A stretch of 64,000 nucleotides of DNA from Balanoglossus misakiensis. Lineage: Eukaryota > Animalia > Hemichordata. Shown piece after piece: positions 13,782 to 25,746 of this stretch (positions are counted from its first letter, which is position 1; each line of letters begins with the position of its first letter). Below the pieces are notes generated by a model. It saw only the letters and a program-made list of their open reading frames with translations, did not search any database and was not told where the DNA came from. The stretch spans positions 6,572,001-6,636,000 of the forward strand of contig CM082590.2 in assembly GCA_040954595.2 (NCBI GenBank), given 5' to 3'. The position numbers and the translations under genes were made by a program.

Positions 13782-15200
13782 TTAAAGCTGCGAGCAGCAT
13801 TGTCGGGCCCAAGCGCTGATCTTGAATTATATATGCACAGTATGAATGAGAAGAAACAGAATTGTTTATCGTATGTATTATCTCATGACATAATAAGGAT
13901 GTGTGTGTTTTTGCTGCTGAAATAGGGTGAAGTAGGTCAAAGGTCACCTGAGGTCACCCAACATTTGGGCAATTTTTTTTTTAACCCATACTGGTCCATG
14001 TCCAACAAAAAACAAAACTCTAGCTCTATTGGTTCGCCTGTAATTAGGTATGTGCATATTTAATGAGGTCAGCAGGTGTCACAGGTGACTCAAAAATGTG
14101 GCTTTACATTTTGGTCCCATCCTACCAAATGCCATGGCTGTATCTGCTCTGGATGCTGAGATATGCGAAAGTAGGTCAAAGGTCACCAGAGGTCACGCAA
14201 CATTTGGGCAAAAAATTTTGATCCCATACTGGTCTGTGTCCAACAAAAACCAAACCTCTAGCTCTATTGGTTCGCCTGTAATTAGCTATGCACATAATTA
14301 ATGAGGTCAGCAGAGGTCAAAGGGGTCATGAAAAGTAGCAAAATATTTTGATCACACACTAATCCACATTCATCAAAAACCAAACGTCTAGCCCTATAGG
14401 TTAGCCTGGAATTAGATATGCAGAAATAATAACGCGTGATAAGTAGGTCAAAGGTCATGTGAAAAATCGCCAAAAAATTGTAACATATTTTAGTCACATG
14501 ACGATTGATATCCATCAAAAGAATTTGTATGCTATCAATTTTTAGACTAGAAAAAGGAATTTCAATTTTTCACTGCTTTTTACAAAATCCAATATGGCCG
14601 CCATAATCTTCGACCAATCACAATGCTCTTTGCAAACTTGATAGACATCAGTGTAGTAACCATACTCCCCGAATCTTGCGACTCAGTCATCGCCCGTTCT
14701 GGAGAAGAAGATTTTTGGAGTTTAACTATGGTTTTTCGAAAATCCAATATGGCCGCCATAATCTTCGACCAATCACGATGATCTTCGCAAACTTGATAGA
14801 CATCAGTTAGGTGACCACATACCCCAAACCCCGTGTCTCGGTTATCACTGGTTCTGGAGAAGAAGATTTTTGAAATTTAAGCCAGATTTCAGAAAAAAAA
14901 TTGTAGCAAAAAAACTGCAACATTGACAGCAAAATTTCCAATTACAAAAATGATGGGTACAAGGTAGTCTACCTGCATGCCAAATTTGAAGTCGATCTGA
15001 CTTGTAGTTTCTGAGATCTGAGATTTGCATTTTTTCAGAAAATCCAATATGGCCGCCAGGTCACGTGACTAATTAAGTATTCACAAGTCACTGCACATCT
15101 ACTCATAGACCTTGACCACTGTAGCAAGTTTGAGCAGTGTACCTGCAGTAGTTTCTGAGATTTAGTTGGCCGAAGAATTGACACAAGAATAAAGAAAGAA
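13782..15200 (-). mobile_element. Non-autonomous Helentron unit, subtype C (palindromic end displaced)
   Basis: Same left terminus as 9431; interrupted at GAAAGAA|TT. Confidence 0.8.
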
Positions 15201-17488
15201 TTAAAGCTGCAAGCAGCATTGTCCGGGCCCAAGCTCTATTATCTGATCTGAAAATTTTGACTCATAGTGGTCCATGTCCAACAAAAACCAGACCTCTAGC
15301 CCTTTTGGTTAGCCCGGAATTAGGTATGCACATAAATAGTGAGTAAAGCAGGCGTCACAGGTGACCCAAAACTTTGGCTTTTCATTATGGCCCCATACCT
15401 CCAAATGCCAAGGCTGTGCCTGCTTTGGATGCTGAGATATGCAAAAGTAGGTCAAAGGTCATCTGAGGTCATCCAAAATTTGGGCAAAAAATTTTGACCC
15501 CATACTGGTCCATGTCCAACAAAAACCAAACCTCTAGCTCAATTGGTTCGCCTGTAATTAGCTATGCACATAATTAATGAGGTCAGCAGAGGTCAAAGGG
15601 GTCATGAAAAGTAGCAAAATATTTTGATCACACACTAATCCACATTCATCAAAAACCAAACGTCTAGCCCTACAGGTTAGCCTGGAATTAGATATGCAGA
15701 AATAATAACGTGTGATAAGTAGGTCAAAGGTCATGTGAAAAATCGCCAAAAATTTGTAACATATTGTAGTCATATGACGATTGATATCCATAAAAAGAAT
15801 TTGTATGCTATTAATTTTTATACTAGAAAAAGGAATTTTAATTTTTCACTGCTTTTTACAAAATCCAATATGGCCGCCATAATCTTCGACCAATCACATT
15901 CCTCTTCCCAAACTTGATAGACATCTGTTTAATGAACACACACACCAAATCTTGCGACTCGGTTATCACCGGTTCTTGAGAAGAAGATTTTTGAAATTTT
16001 ACTAGGGTTTTTCGAAAATCCAATATGGCCGCCATAATCTTCGACCAATCACAATGATCTTCGCAAACTTGATAGACATCAGTTAGGTGACCACATACCC
16101 CAAACCCCGTGTCTCGGTTATCACCGGTTCTGGAGAAGAAGATTTTTGAAATTTAAGCCAGATTTCAGAAAAAAAATTGTAGCAAAAAAACTGCAACTTT
16201 GTCAGCATAATTTCCAATTACAAAAATGATTGACAGAAGGTAGTCTACCTGCACGCCAAATTTGAAGTTGATCTGACTTGTAGTTTCTGAGATCTGAGAT
16301 TTGCATTTTTTCAGAAAATCCAAGATGGCCGCCAGGTCATGTGACTAATTAAAAATTCATGGGTTCAATGCACGACTACTCATTGACCTTGACCACTGTA
16401 GCAAGTTTGAGAACTGTACCTGCAGTGGTGTCTGAGATCTAGAGCGACAAAGAATTGACAGAAGAATAAAGAAAGAAGAAGGAAAGACAGATTAAAGCTG
16501 CAAGCAGCATTGTCCGGGCCCAAGCTCTATTATCTGATCTGATTATTAGATATGCACATAATTAATGTGTAGAAACATAATGCTGTGTTTTATCCCAAGA
16601 AATATCAAGGTTATATCTATGTTTGGTGCTGATATAGTGTTAAGTAGGGCAAAGGTCACCCAGGGGTCACCCACAATTTGGGGAGAATATTTTGACCCAT
16701 AGTGGTCCATGTCCAACAAAAACCAGACCTCTAGCCCTTTTGGTTAGCCCGGAATTAGGTATGCACATAAATAATGAGTTAAGCAGGTGTCACAGGTGAC
16801 CCAAAACTTTGGCTTTTCATTATGGCCCCATATCTCCAAATGCCAAGGCTGTACCTGCTTTGGATGCCGAGATATGCAAAAGTAGGTCAAAGGTCATCTG
16901 AGGTCACCCAAAATTTGGGCAGAAAATTTTTACCCATAGTGGTCCATGTCCAATAAAAACCAGACCTCTAGCTCTATTGGTTCGCCTGTAATTAGTTATG
17001 CACATAATTAATGAGGTCAGCAGAGGTCACAGGTGACCCAAAACTTTGGCTTTTCATAATGGCCCCATATCTCCGAATGCCAAGGCTGTACCTGCTTTGG
17101 ATGCCGAGATATTCAAAAGTAGGTCAAAGGTCACCGGAGGTCACCCAACATTTGGGCAAAATATTTTGACCCCATACTGATCCATGTCCAAAAAAACTCA
17201 AACCTTTAGGTCTATTGGTTAATCTGTAATTAGGTATGCGCATATTTAATGAGGTCAGCAGAGGTCAAAGTGGTCATGAAAAGTAGCGAAATTATTTGAT
17301 CACATACAAATCCACATACATCAAAAACCAAACTTATAGCCCTATTGGTTAGCCTGGAATTAGATATGCAGAAAAATGATGCGTCAAAAGTAGGTCAAAG
17401 GTCATTGCCAAAATTACCAAAATATTTATAGCTTATTCTTGTCATATGATGATTCATATCCATAAAAAGAATTTCTGTGCTATCAATT

Positions 17489-18130
17489 TGTAACGGCCTT
17501 GTTGATCCATTGAATTTGTATACATGTATATCTGTATGTATGTTATACCTGTATCTTATAGTAATTAGTTATTCAATTATTCATATGACGTAATAGTACT
17601 TACCTTCAATTGGTTGATCTTAATTATATGCAAACCACCTGGAAGTTTCATTTGACCAATGAACACAAGCTAATCTGGCACTATGATGTAATTGCTGATA
17701 TAAAAGGACATGGTGCATAAAATTGGTCAGTTCACCTCTGTAGCCAGACCGGCCACACACGTTGGAACTGACATGTATTTGTTCCATTTCAGGTTAGTTT
17801 CCTTGTACCTTACCTGTTGCTTGAAGCTTTGTATTTTGGTGCATTCTACCGACTCATTTCAGCACAAGTAATTGGTGTCTTTAACTTGCGTCAATTTTCC
17901 AATTGTATGTCTATATTTTTCACTTGCATGAATTTTGGTGTATTCTGTTGGAGGTGAACTCCCATACATGTGTGTAATTTAGCAGTTCACCTCTGTAGCC
18001 AGACCGGCCACACACGTTGGAACTGACATGTATTTGTTCCATTTCAGTTATTAAATGTAAGGCCTATGTCTTTGTTACCCGTAACCTGTTTGGTGTGAAT
18101 ATGTTGGAATGAACGGCGACAACCGTGACA
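17489..18130 (+). repeat. 5' LTR (642 bp)
   Basis: TGTAACGG...CCGTGACA; matches 27784-28425. Confidence 0.96.
17699..17732 (+). promoter_or_regulatory. LTR core promoter: TATA box plus initiator
   Basis: TATAAAAG at 17699, TCAGTT at 17727 (A is 30 nt after the TATA start), CCAAT just upstream. Confidence 0.65.
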
Positions 18131-18132
18131 AA

Positions 18133-18151
18133 TGGCGTAGTCGGCAGGATT
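18133..18151 (+). promoter_or_regulatory. Primer binding site complementary to the tRNA-Ser 3' end
   Basis: TGGCGTAGTCGGCAGGATT, reverse complement of ...AATCCTGCCGACTACG-CCA of metazoan tRNA-Ser; 2 nt after the LTR. Confidence 0.9.
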
Positions 18152-19215
18152 TGGCAATTCCTACGCAAGTTCTTTTTTCGGGACGGAGAGGATGATACTG
18201 ACAAGTGCCATGTTTTAACTGGTCAGAAGTGTCTGGACAACGGACAACGCCCAACCAGGTGTGTCTTTCGCTGAGCTGGACGTCCTTGGGGAGTCACCCG
18301 GACTGCAGACAGACGGGAGCCAGGTCCAAGCGTCAACGGCGAGGAAAATTCTCTGCAGAGTGCCAAGTGGTGAAGTCGCTGAACTGTTACCGGCCGGAAC
18401 TGTTTAGTGTGAAGTGTTCATCGCGGTATACAAGGTATTGTGTGTCCAGAACTTGACAGTGTTATTCCGTGCGAACTATAGACAGTGCGCATAAATTCCG
18501 TCCGTGGCGCATAGTTTCCATCTGTGATAACTTCGGACTTGAACTTGTGGACTGGGTATTTTATTGCCAACGAACTTTCTGGTTATTCGCCGTAGAACCT
18601 GGTGTAACGTAATGTTTGTAAATTTTTCTTAGAAATTTCAATATTGTCTATATAATGGAATGTGGTCAAAGTAGTTTTGACTTTGATTTAATTGTTGAAG
18701 TGGGCTCCATGTGGATATAAACCCCTGTTTTGTTGCCTTTAGCCTGCTTTAAACGAAAAAAAATATATATATAAATTTTATTTTCTTTCAACAGCATATT
18801 TTGGTTAAGTGCTGAAGTATAATTTTCTTTGTAAATTTCAGTTCATTATTTTCCAAACGACGTGGAAAAAAAAAATTGTCAGCACTTGTTGAAAAAAAAA
18901 TATTAAGTTATAAGTTAAATATTGTATATTGACTTGAGTTAGGTTATTATTGTATTAGTTATTTAGTTGTTTCATTATTATTGAGACTGTCCATGAATGG
19001 TCGTATTCATCCAAATCATACATTAGTCTCTATAGAACCTTTGGCAGTGTATGTAAGCTATTCTATGCTTATTTCATTCCCTGTTAACGTATGTGCTATG
19101 CCAGTAGATACTGATATTATTGTTAAGATTTTCCAGTGAAATAGCTTGCATTGCATCGTATTTAACGACACGTCAGAGTCCTCCCAAATTGCCTCTCATT
19201 TTATGGAAAAAAAAA

Positions 19216-20640
19216 ATGGCTGTGTCCAAAATATCAATTCAAGAGCGAAGCATTTATGTGCAACACTTGCCTTTTGAATGTACAAAGAAACATTTTAGAG
19301 AATTTATAGAGTTACAGCTTGGGTTGGCCCAGGTTGATCAAATTTATATTTCTGATAAAGATTCCGCTTTTGTCATATTTGAGAATATAGAATCAGCCAC
19401 AGCCGCTCTGCCAGTAATACATAAAAGCACTTTTGAAGAAAGCAAATTACGGGCAAGTCGTGTGACCACAGCTCGAGGGTTGGAACTGTGGCATTTAATT
19501 GAGGAAACCGAACAAAGTACTGGCCTAGATTACAATGAAACCAGTGATCCCAAGACATCCAAACCCAAAGCAGATGTACAGGAAATTATTAACATGTTGA
19601 GTTTACTGTCTGAAGCAGATAGGAAAGCGGTTGCACAGGCCATATCACCTGCTCCACTGAAACCAATCGTATCAACCCCTATGCCACAGCCGATTCCATT
19701 TCCAGCATTTCCAGTACCAACTTCAGTTGCAGGTTCTTCACCATTCATTATGTCTTCACCTGCCCAAGCAGCTGCTGCACAGCCAGCCACAGCCACTACT
19801 GCTTTTCACTCGGTGGAATTCCCAAGAATAGTCGTCTTCTCTGGCAAAGGTGATGTCACTTATGAAATGTGGCGATATGAAGTTCGAGCACTACAGAGGG
19901 AGAATGTGTTTCCGGAGACCATAATTATGCAGGCTGTTCGGAAATCCCTACGAGCGTCCGCTGCTGAAGTCCTACTACATATGGGAGAAGACATCACAGT
20001 GTCCCGATTGATGGCGAAGATGGACATGGTCTTTGGGAAAGTATTGCCACCGGAAGCAGTTTTGGAAAAATTCTATACAGCACGACAAACGAAGACAGAA
20101 AAGGTAGCAGAATGGGCCTGTCGCATCGAAGGACTTTTGGATGAACTCAGATCAGGTCAGTCCATCTCTAGTAATTCAGAAGAAACCATGCTTCGAACCA
20201 AATTCTTTTCTGGCCTGTCAGATGAGCACATTAAGAATGCAATCAGACACCGATATGATACGGGAGAAGATTATTCAGGATTGTTGGTAGCCGCAAGAAA
20301 GCTTGAAGTAAATAGGGAGACCACTACCAGGGTTCACCAAGCAACTGTTGCTGACAAGACGATGATAACCAAATTGGAGGAACTTACCAAAGGTCTGAAG
20401 AACTTAGCTGAGAAGGTTGCTGAACTAGAGAAGCGAACTTCAACATCATCAACTCCAGAGTCTACTTTTCGCCGACGTGTCAACAATGAAAATGGCCGGG
20501 ATCGGCGTGGCAACGATGGAACTCGCCAACCCAAACAAGTTTTCCCAGGCAACTGCTTCAAGTGTGGTGAACATGGACACAAAAAGACAGACTGTCCTTT
20601 AAATGGGGAGCGACCAGGCATCCGGAGGGACATGCGCTAG
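19216..20640 (+). CDS. gag: Gypsy Gag: RRM-like N-terminus, PNMA-like capsid region, CCHC zinc knuckle
   Basis: First in-frame ATG at 19216; IYVQHLP and SAFVIF RNP-like motifs; FSGK..YEMWRYEV capsid-like segment; CFKCGEHGHKKTDC. Confidence 0.9.
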   Translation: MAVSKISIQERSIYVQHLPFECTKKHFREFIELQLGLAQVDQIYISDKDSAFVIFENIESATAALPVIHKSTFEESKLRASRVTTARGLELWHLIEETEQSTGLDYNETSDPKTSKPKADVQEIINMLSLLSEADRKAVAQAISPAPLKPIVSTPMPQPIPFPAFPVPTSVAGSSPFIMSSPAQAAAAQPATATTAFHSVEFPRIVVFSGKGDVTYEMWRYEVRALQRENVFPETIIMQAVRKSLRASAAEVLLHMGEDITVSRLMAKMDMVFGKVLPPEAVLEKFYTARQTKTEKVAEWACRIEGLLDELRSGQSISSNSEETMLRTKFFSGLSDEHIKNAIRHRYDTGEDYSGLLVAARKLEVNRETTTRVHQATVADKTMITKLEELTKGLKNLAEKVAELEKRTSTSSTPESTFRRRVNNENGRDRRGNDGTRQPKQVFPGNCFKCGEHGHKKTDCPLNGERPGIRRDMR

Positions 20641-20645
20641 GTCGG
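20598..20645 (+). promoter_or_regulatory. -1 ribosomal frameshift signal between gag and pol
   Basis: T TTA AAT heptamer in gag frame; -1 frame open into pol; downstream stem CGACC..GCAT..ATGC..GGTCG. Confidence 0.75.
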
Positions 20646-23174
20646 AACGGTAACAGTCCCTCTAATGTTATTGATTCTTTAATAGGCCACGCCAATGAAA
20701 CTGAGATTGTGTTGGAAGGATCCTCGTGTATTGCGCTGATAGACACCGGGTCCATGGTATCTACTGTTGCTGACACTTTTAACAGAGAGAAGCTACAGAA
20801 ACCAATTCATGACCTGAACAACTTGGTGAAGGTAGAAGGGGCTAGTGGTACAGAAGTTCCTTACCTTGGTTATATTGAAGTTGAAGTGAAATTCCCAGAT
20901 AGCCATGGACAAGAGATGTCTAAAGATATATTATTGCTTGTTGTTGAAGACACGGAATATAATCAGATGGTTCCAGTTGTGATAGGCACAAATGTTCTCC
21001 AACATTTTGTGGATGAAGATACACAGTACAGTACAGACCTATCCTCAGTATGGAGACTAGCATACCAAGCGACTATCCACCGGCAGAGGGCCGAAGGTAG
21101 GACATTTACAGTTACCACTACTAAACCCACAACCATTGGACCATACGAACGCACAGTCATCCATGGATTTTGCAGAGTGGACCTAAGAAATTGTCAATCA
21201 GTAGTTGTGGTGGAACCAGAAAATGACAGACTTTTACCTGGTGGTTTACTTGTTACTCCAGCCGTGTTGAAGTTAGAGCCTCGTGGTAATTCGTGTCGAA
21301 TCCCAGTAATGGTGACCAACTATGGAGCACGTGCTGTCACAGTTCTCCCTAAAAGCACCCTATGTAACATGAACTTAGCATCTAATGTCTCACAGCCTTT
21401 AGATCCATATGGAGATGATATTGATACAAACTCAGATGGGACCACCTCACCAAAAGTACCCGATTGGCTGATAAAAGACCTGGGATTACAAGAGGCAGAT
21501 ACAGAATTAACAGAAATCCAGAAAGACCAAGCCTTGGCTACCATTGGTAAATGGCAAACCGTGTTCTCTACAGGTGAGAGAGATTTGGGACACACAACAT
21601 TGGTAACACATTCGATAAAGTTAACGGATGAAACCCCCTTTAAAGATAAATACCGTCGAATCCCTATGGGTATGTACGAAGAATTGCAACAGTACCTGCA
21701 AGATATGCTACAGAGTGGTGTGATTAGAGAATCAAACAGCCCGTGGTCCTCAAATGTTGTATGTGTCAGAAAACCTGATGGGAAGCTGAGGGTGTGTATT
21801 GATTATAGACGTCTCAACGCCAAAACCATTAAAGACGCTTACGCATTACCCCGGGTACTAGATACGCTTGATAACCTTAATAACGCCGAGTGGTTTTCAT
21901 CGCTTGATCTACGGTCTGGATATTACCAAGTAGAGATGGCGGAAGACGACAAAGCGAAGACAGCTTTCACGGTGGGAAACTTCGGCTTGTTTGAATTCAA
22001 CCGTATGTCTATGGGTCTGACCAACGCACCTGCAACTTTCCAGCGTCTCATGGAGAAGTGTTTTGGAGAATTGGCGTTCAGAGAATGTTGTGTGTATTTA
22101 GATGACATCATAGTATTTTCGAAGACTTTTGAAGACCACCTCAATAGATTGGAGCGGGTATTCCAGCGGCTGGCATCACATGGATTAAAGTTGAAGGCAA
22201 CGAAATGTGTTTTATTCCAGAAGAAGGTGAAATATCTTGGACACGTGGTATCAGCCGACGGAATTACAACGGACCCAGACAAGGTAGCAGCTCTGAAGGA
22301 ATGGCCAATACCCACTACTGTAACAGAACTGAGAAGATTTCTTGGATTTGCAGGGTATTACAGGAGATTTATCCAAAGCTACAGTAATATTGCCAAGCCA
22401 CTTAACGACTTGCTGTGTGGACGTCAGTCAAGGAATAAGGCGGGAAAATTTGAAAAACTCCAGTGGGGACAACAGGAACAACAAGCTTTCGACACTCTGA
22501 GGAAGAGCCTAATGTCGTCACCAATACTAGCCTTTGCTGACTACTCACTTCCATTTGAAATACATACTGATGCAAGTTCCACAGGTCTGGGAGCAGTGCT
22601 GTATCAACGCCAGAAAGGTATTCTCAGAGTAATTGCCTATGCAAGTAGAGGACTCACCAAGTCTGAAAGTAATTATCCAGCTCATAAATTAGAATTTTTG
22701 GCACTGAAATGGGCCGTCACCAAGAAGTTCAACGACTACCTGTATGGAAGCAAATTCACTGTGTTTACAGACAACAACCCTTTGACGTATGTGTTAACTT
22801 CTGCGAAACTGGATGCGGTGGGACACAGATGGTTGTCAGACTTGTCATTGTACGACTTCTCTATTGTTTACCGGAGTGGTAAGAAGAATATAGAGGCTGA
22901 CGCTTTGTCTAGGATTCCATGGAATAGAGAGAATCCAGAGACGGAAACCAATCTGGGAGCCGATGTAGTCCAGGCGCTTTGTCGAGCAACAGAAGGTCCA
23001 TACGTAACTTCATTCGGAATGGTAGCAGATGAGGACAGACCTGCAGTAGTTCAAGGTGGGGATGATGTGTTCTGGAAGACGGAGCAGTCCAAAGATTCAA
23101 CAATACGGTATGTGACTGATCAGCTTGAAAAGGACCACAAACCACTTATGAGAGATCATACAGGAGATATCAGA
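20598..23174 (+). CDS. pol: Gypsy Pol N-terminal part: aspartic protease, reverse transcriptase, RNase H
   Basis: ALIDTGS, CIDYRRLN, DLRSGYYQV, YLDDII, HTDAS, FTDNNPL motifs; truncated by the TIR insertion. Confidence 0.95.
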
Positions 23175-23714
23175 AACAGTATAGAAAACATTTTCCAATT
23201 TCCGAAAAACCTCTTTTTTACATAATTACTGCTGAAAAAGTTAGAAATTTATGAAAATATTCCTTATTCTTTGCCAATTTCTAATGAAAAAATTACATAA
23301 AGGTATTCTTAGTCTCTTTCCTGCAGCTGTACAGCAGGAAAAATGCATTTTGTCATATTTTGGCTTTAAACTCAAATTAAAATTTATCTGTGAAAAAACT
23401 GAGTCTCCATCAAAGCCACGTACATGACAGTCCTTTTGATTTTTTTCTAATGAAACTTTGTCTCCATGTTTATCATGAGTAATATTTCTATTGAAAATTT
23501 GCAAGTGTGTGAATTGTTTGTAAAATTTCGCCAGAAAAAAACAATAGCATCAAAAAGTAAATCTGAAACCCAATATTTATTACAAGAATTGTTAGATTAA
23601 TATCCGTATCACGCAAATCCGTTGGATTTCGTATGAATTTTAGGAAATAAGCACTGCTCATTGACAAATCCATATTTTGCAGCTGAAATACTTGGAAAAG
23701 AGTCAGTGGCATGT

Positions 23715-24433
23715 GAGAGCTTGGAAATTTCCAAGCACTGACAAGGGTCAGTGGTCGGAAATTTCCAGACACTCAGGGAATGTGAGAGCCTGGAAATTTC
23801 CAAGCACTGACAAGGGTCAGTGGTCGGAAATTTCCAGACACTCAGGGAATGTGAGAGCCTGGAAATTTCCAAGCACTGACAAGGGTTAGTGGTCGGAAAT
23901 TTCCAGACACTCAGGGAATGTGAGAGCTTAGAAATTTCCAAGCACTGACAAGGGTCAGTGGTCGGAAATTTCCAGACACTCAGGGAATGTGAGAGCCTGG
24001 AAATTTCCAAGCACTGACAAGGGTCAGTGGTCGGAAATTTCCAGACACTCAGGGAATGTGAGAGCTTAGAAATTTCCAAGCACTGACAAGGGTCAGTGGT
24101 CGGAAATTTCCAGACACTCAGGGAATGTGAGAGCCTGGAAATTTCCAAGCACTGACAAGGGTTAGTGGTCGGAAATTTCCAGACACTCAGGGAATGTGAG
24201 AGCTTAGAAATTTCCAAGCACTGACAAGGGTCAGTGGTCGGAAATTTCCGGACACTCAGGGAATGTGAGAGCCTTGAAATTTCCAAGCACTGACAATGGT
24301 CAGTGGTCGGAAATTTCCAGACACTCAGGGAATGTGAGAGCTTAGAAATTTCCAAGCACTGACAAGGGTCAGTGGTCGGAAATTTCCAGACACTCAGGGA
24401 ATGTGAGAGCCTTGAAATTTCCAAGCACTGACA
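23715..24433 (+). repeat. 69-bp minisatellite, ~10.5 copies
   Basis: GAGAGCCTGGAAATTTCCAAGCACTGACAAGGGTCAGTGGTCGGAAATTTCCAGACACTCAGGGAATGT unit; 23-aa periodicity in ORF track. Confidence 0.95.
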
Positions 24434-24505
24434 GGGTCGTGGTAGTCCCCCGTACAGGTATGCGTTCTCCCGGCGTTTAATACATGGCTTCCACCACATC
24501 TCTGC

Positions 24506-24899
24506 AAGGCTCCATGGACAAAACTGATTCGTCTGAGATCCGGATCCGGACAGCAGCTTTTCGGCCGAGATTCGATTTTATCGGGGGGAATCTTTCCCCC
24601 GTCTACCCACAAATGACTCCAAATATGATGTAATTAACTTCCGAGCCGCTCGCTTTCTGATTTTCTCTTGTGTTTACCTGTTGAGATCGCCATATTGAAT
24701 ACAGTGAGGTTATCTCAATGGGTAAACACAAAAGTTTCAGAAAGCGAGCGGTTCGGATGTTAGAAGAAGTCAATCGTGGAGTCGGTTATAACCGGTTAGT
24801 AGACAGGGAAAGGATATTCTCCCGATAAAATCGAATTTCGACGAAAAGCTCTGGTACGGATCTGGACCGCAGACGCAACAGGTTTGTCTAAGGAGCCTT
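24506..24899. repeat. Long imperfect inverted repeat (~390-bp hairpin)
   Basis: AAGGCTCC/GGAGCCTT, ATTCGATTTTATCGGG/CCCGATAAAATCGAAT, CCGCTCGCTTTCTGA/TCAGAAAGCGAGCGG, TTGTGTTTACC/GGTAAACACAA pairs. Confidence 0.88.
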
Positions 24900-25177
24900 A
24901 GCGTCACAATGTTCATGACAGGCTTCGCCTACCAACTCCTCTGAGTTAGCCCATACACTAGTTGTTTATTGGGAATTGGTATTGTTTATCTGACATAATT
25001 GTTCTTTCTACTCTGTATACAAAGTCACAACTTCACAACTACCAAATGCTATTGTTCTTGAATTATGCAGTGTTACCAAATGTCACAGTTCAAACCACTG
25101 TTTATAAACAAGTATTGGCCATCCCGCCCCTCTCTCTTCATTCCGAACCTATTCCCAAGTGTACGCGGTATATTTGT

Positions 25178-25350
25178 TGGTGCCGAGACCAGGATGTCGG
25201 GCATGGAGAGAGAGAGAAGAACAGCAGAAGAGGCCACCGCAGTCAAATGACCAATCTTATCCGTAGGGTTGAAGATATAAACACAGGCGCAGTTCCTCAA
25301 CAGATAGCTTTCCTAAAGGCCATAATTTGAAACATGACAGAGAAACTCAA
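25178..25350 (+). pseudogene. BEL/Pao-like LTR retroelement fragment (tRNA-His-type PBS plus degenerate gag start)
   Basis: TGGTGCCGAGACCAGGAT followed by ATG and RRGHRSQMTNLIRRVED, which resembles BEL gag N-termini; frameshifted. Confidence 0.55.
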
Positions 25351-25746
25351 GATTTCCAAGCACTGACCCTGTCAATGCTTGGAAATTTCAAGGCTCTCAC
25401 ATTCCCTGAGTGTCTGGATATTTCCGGCCACTAACCCTATCAGTGCTTGGAAATTTCTAGGCTCTCACATTCCCTGAGTGTCTGGAAATTTCCGACCACT
25501 GACCCTTGTCAGTGCTTGGAAATTTCTAAGCTCTCGCATTCCCTGAGTGTCTGGAAATTTCCGACCACTGACCCTTGTCAGTGCTTGGAAATTTCCAGGC
25601 TCTCACATTCCCTGAGTGTCTGGAAATTTCCGACCACTGACCCTTGTCAGTGCTTGGAAATTTCCAGGCTCTCACATTCCCTGAGTGTCTGGAAATTTCC
25701 GACCACTGACAAGGGTCAGAGGTCGGAAATTTCCAGACACTGACCC
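25350..25746 (-). repeat. 69-bp minisatellite, ~5 copies, inverted relative to the left array
   Basis: Same 23-aa pseudo-repeat appears on the opposite strand (ORF 25447-25743). Confidence 0.93.

Noticed and set aside
5000-17480. Many 60-110 aa ORFs in the modular repeats
   Set aside because: They recur with the repeat modules, often start at non-ATG codons, vary by stops and frameshifts, and show no recognisable domains.
18133-18151. tRNA gene
   Set aside because: Only a 19-nt antisense match to a tRNA 3' end, i.e. a PBS.
23715-24433. CRISPR-like array
   Set aside because: Units are contiguous 69-bp repeats without unique spacers; no cas genes; eukaryotic context.
23609-24499. 296-aa Cys-rich repeat protein
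   Set aside because: Translation of a stop-free 69-bp minisatellite.
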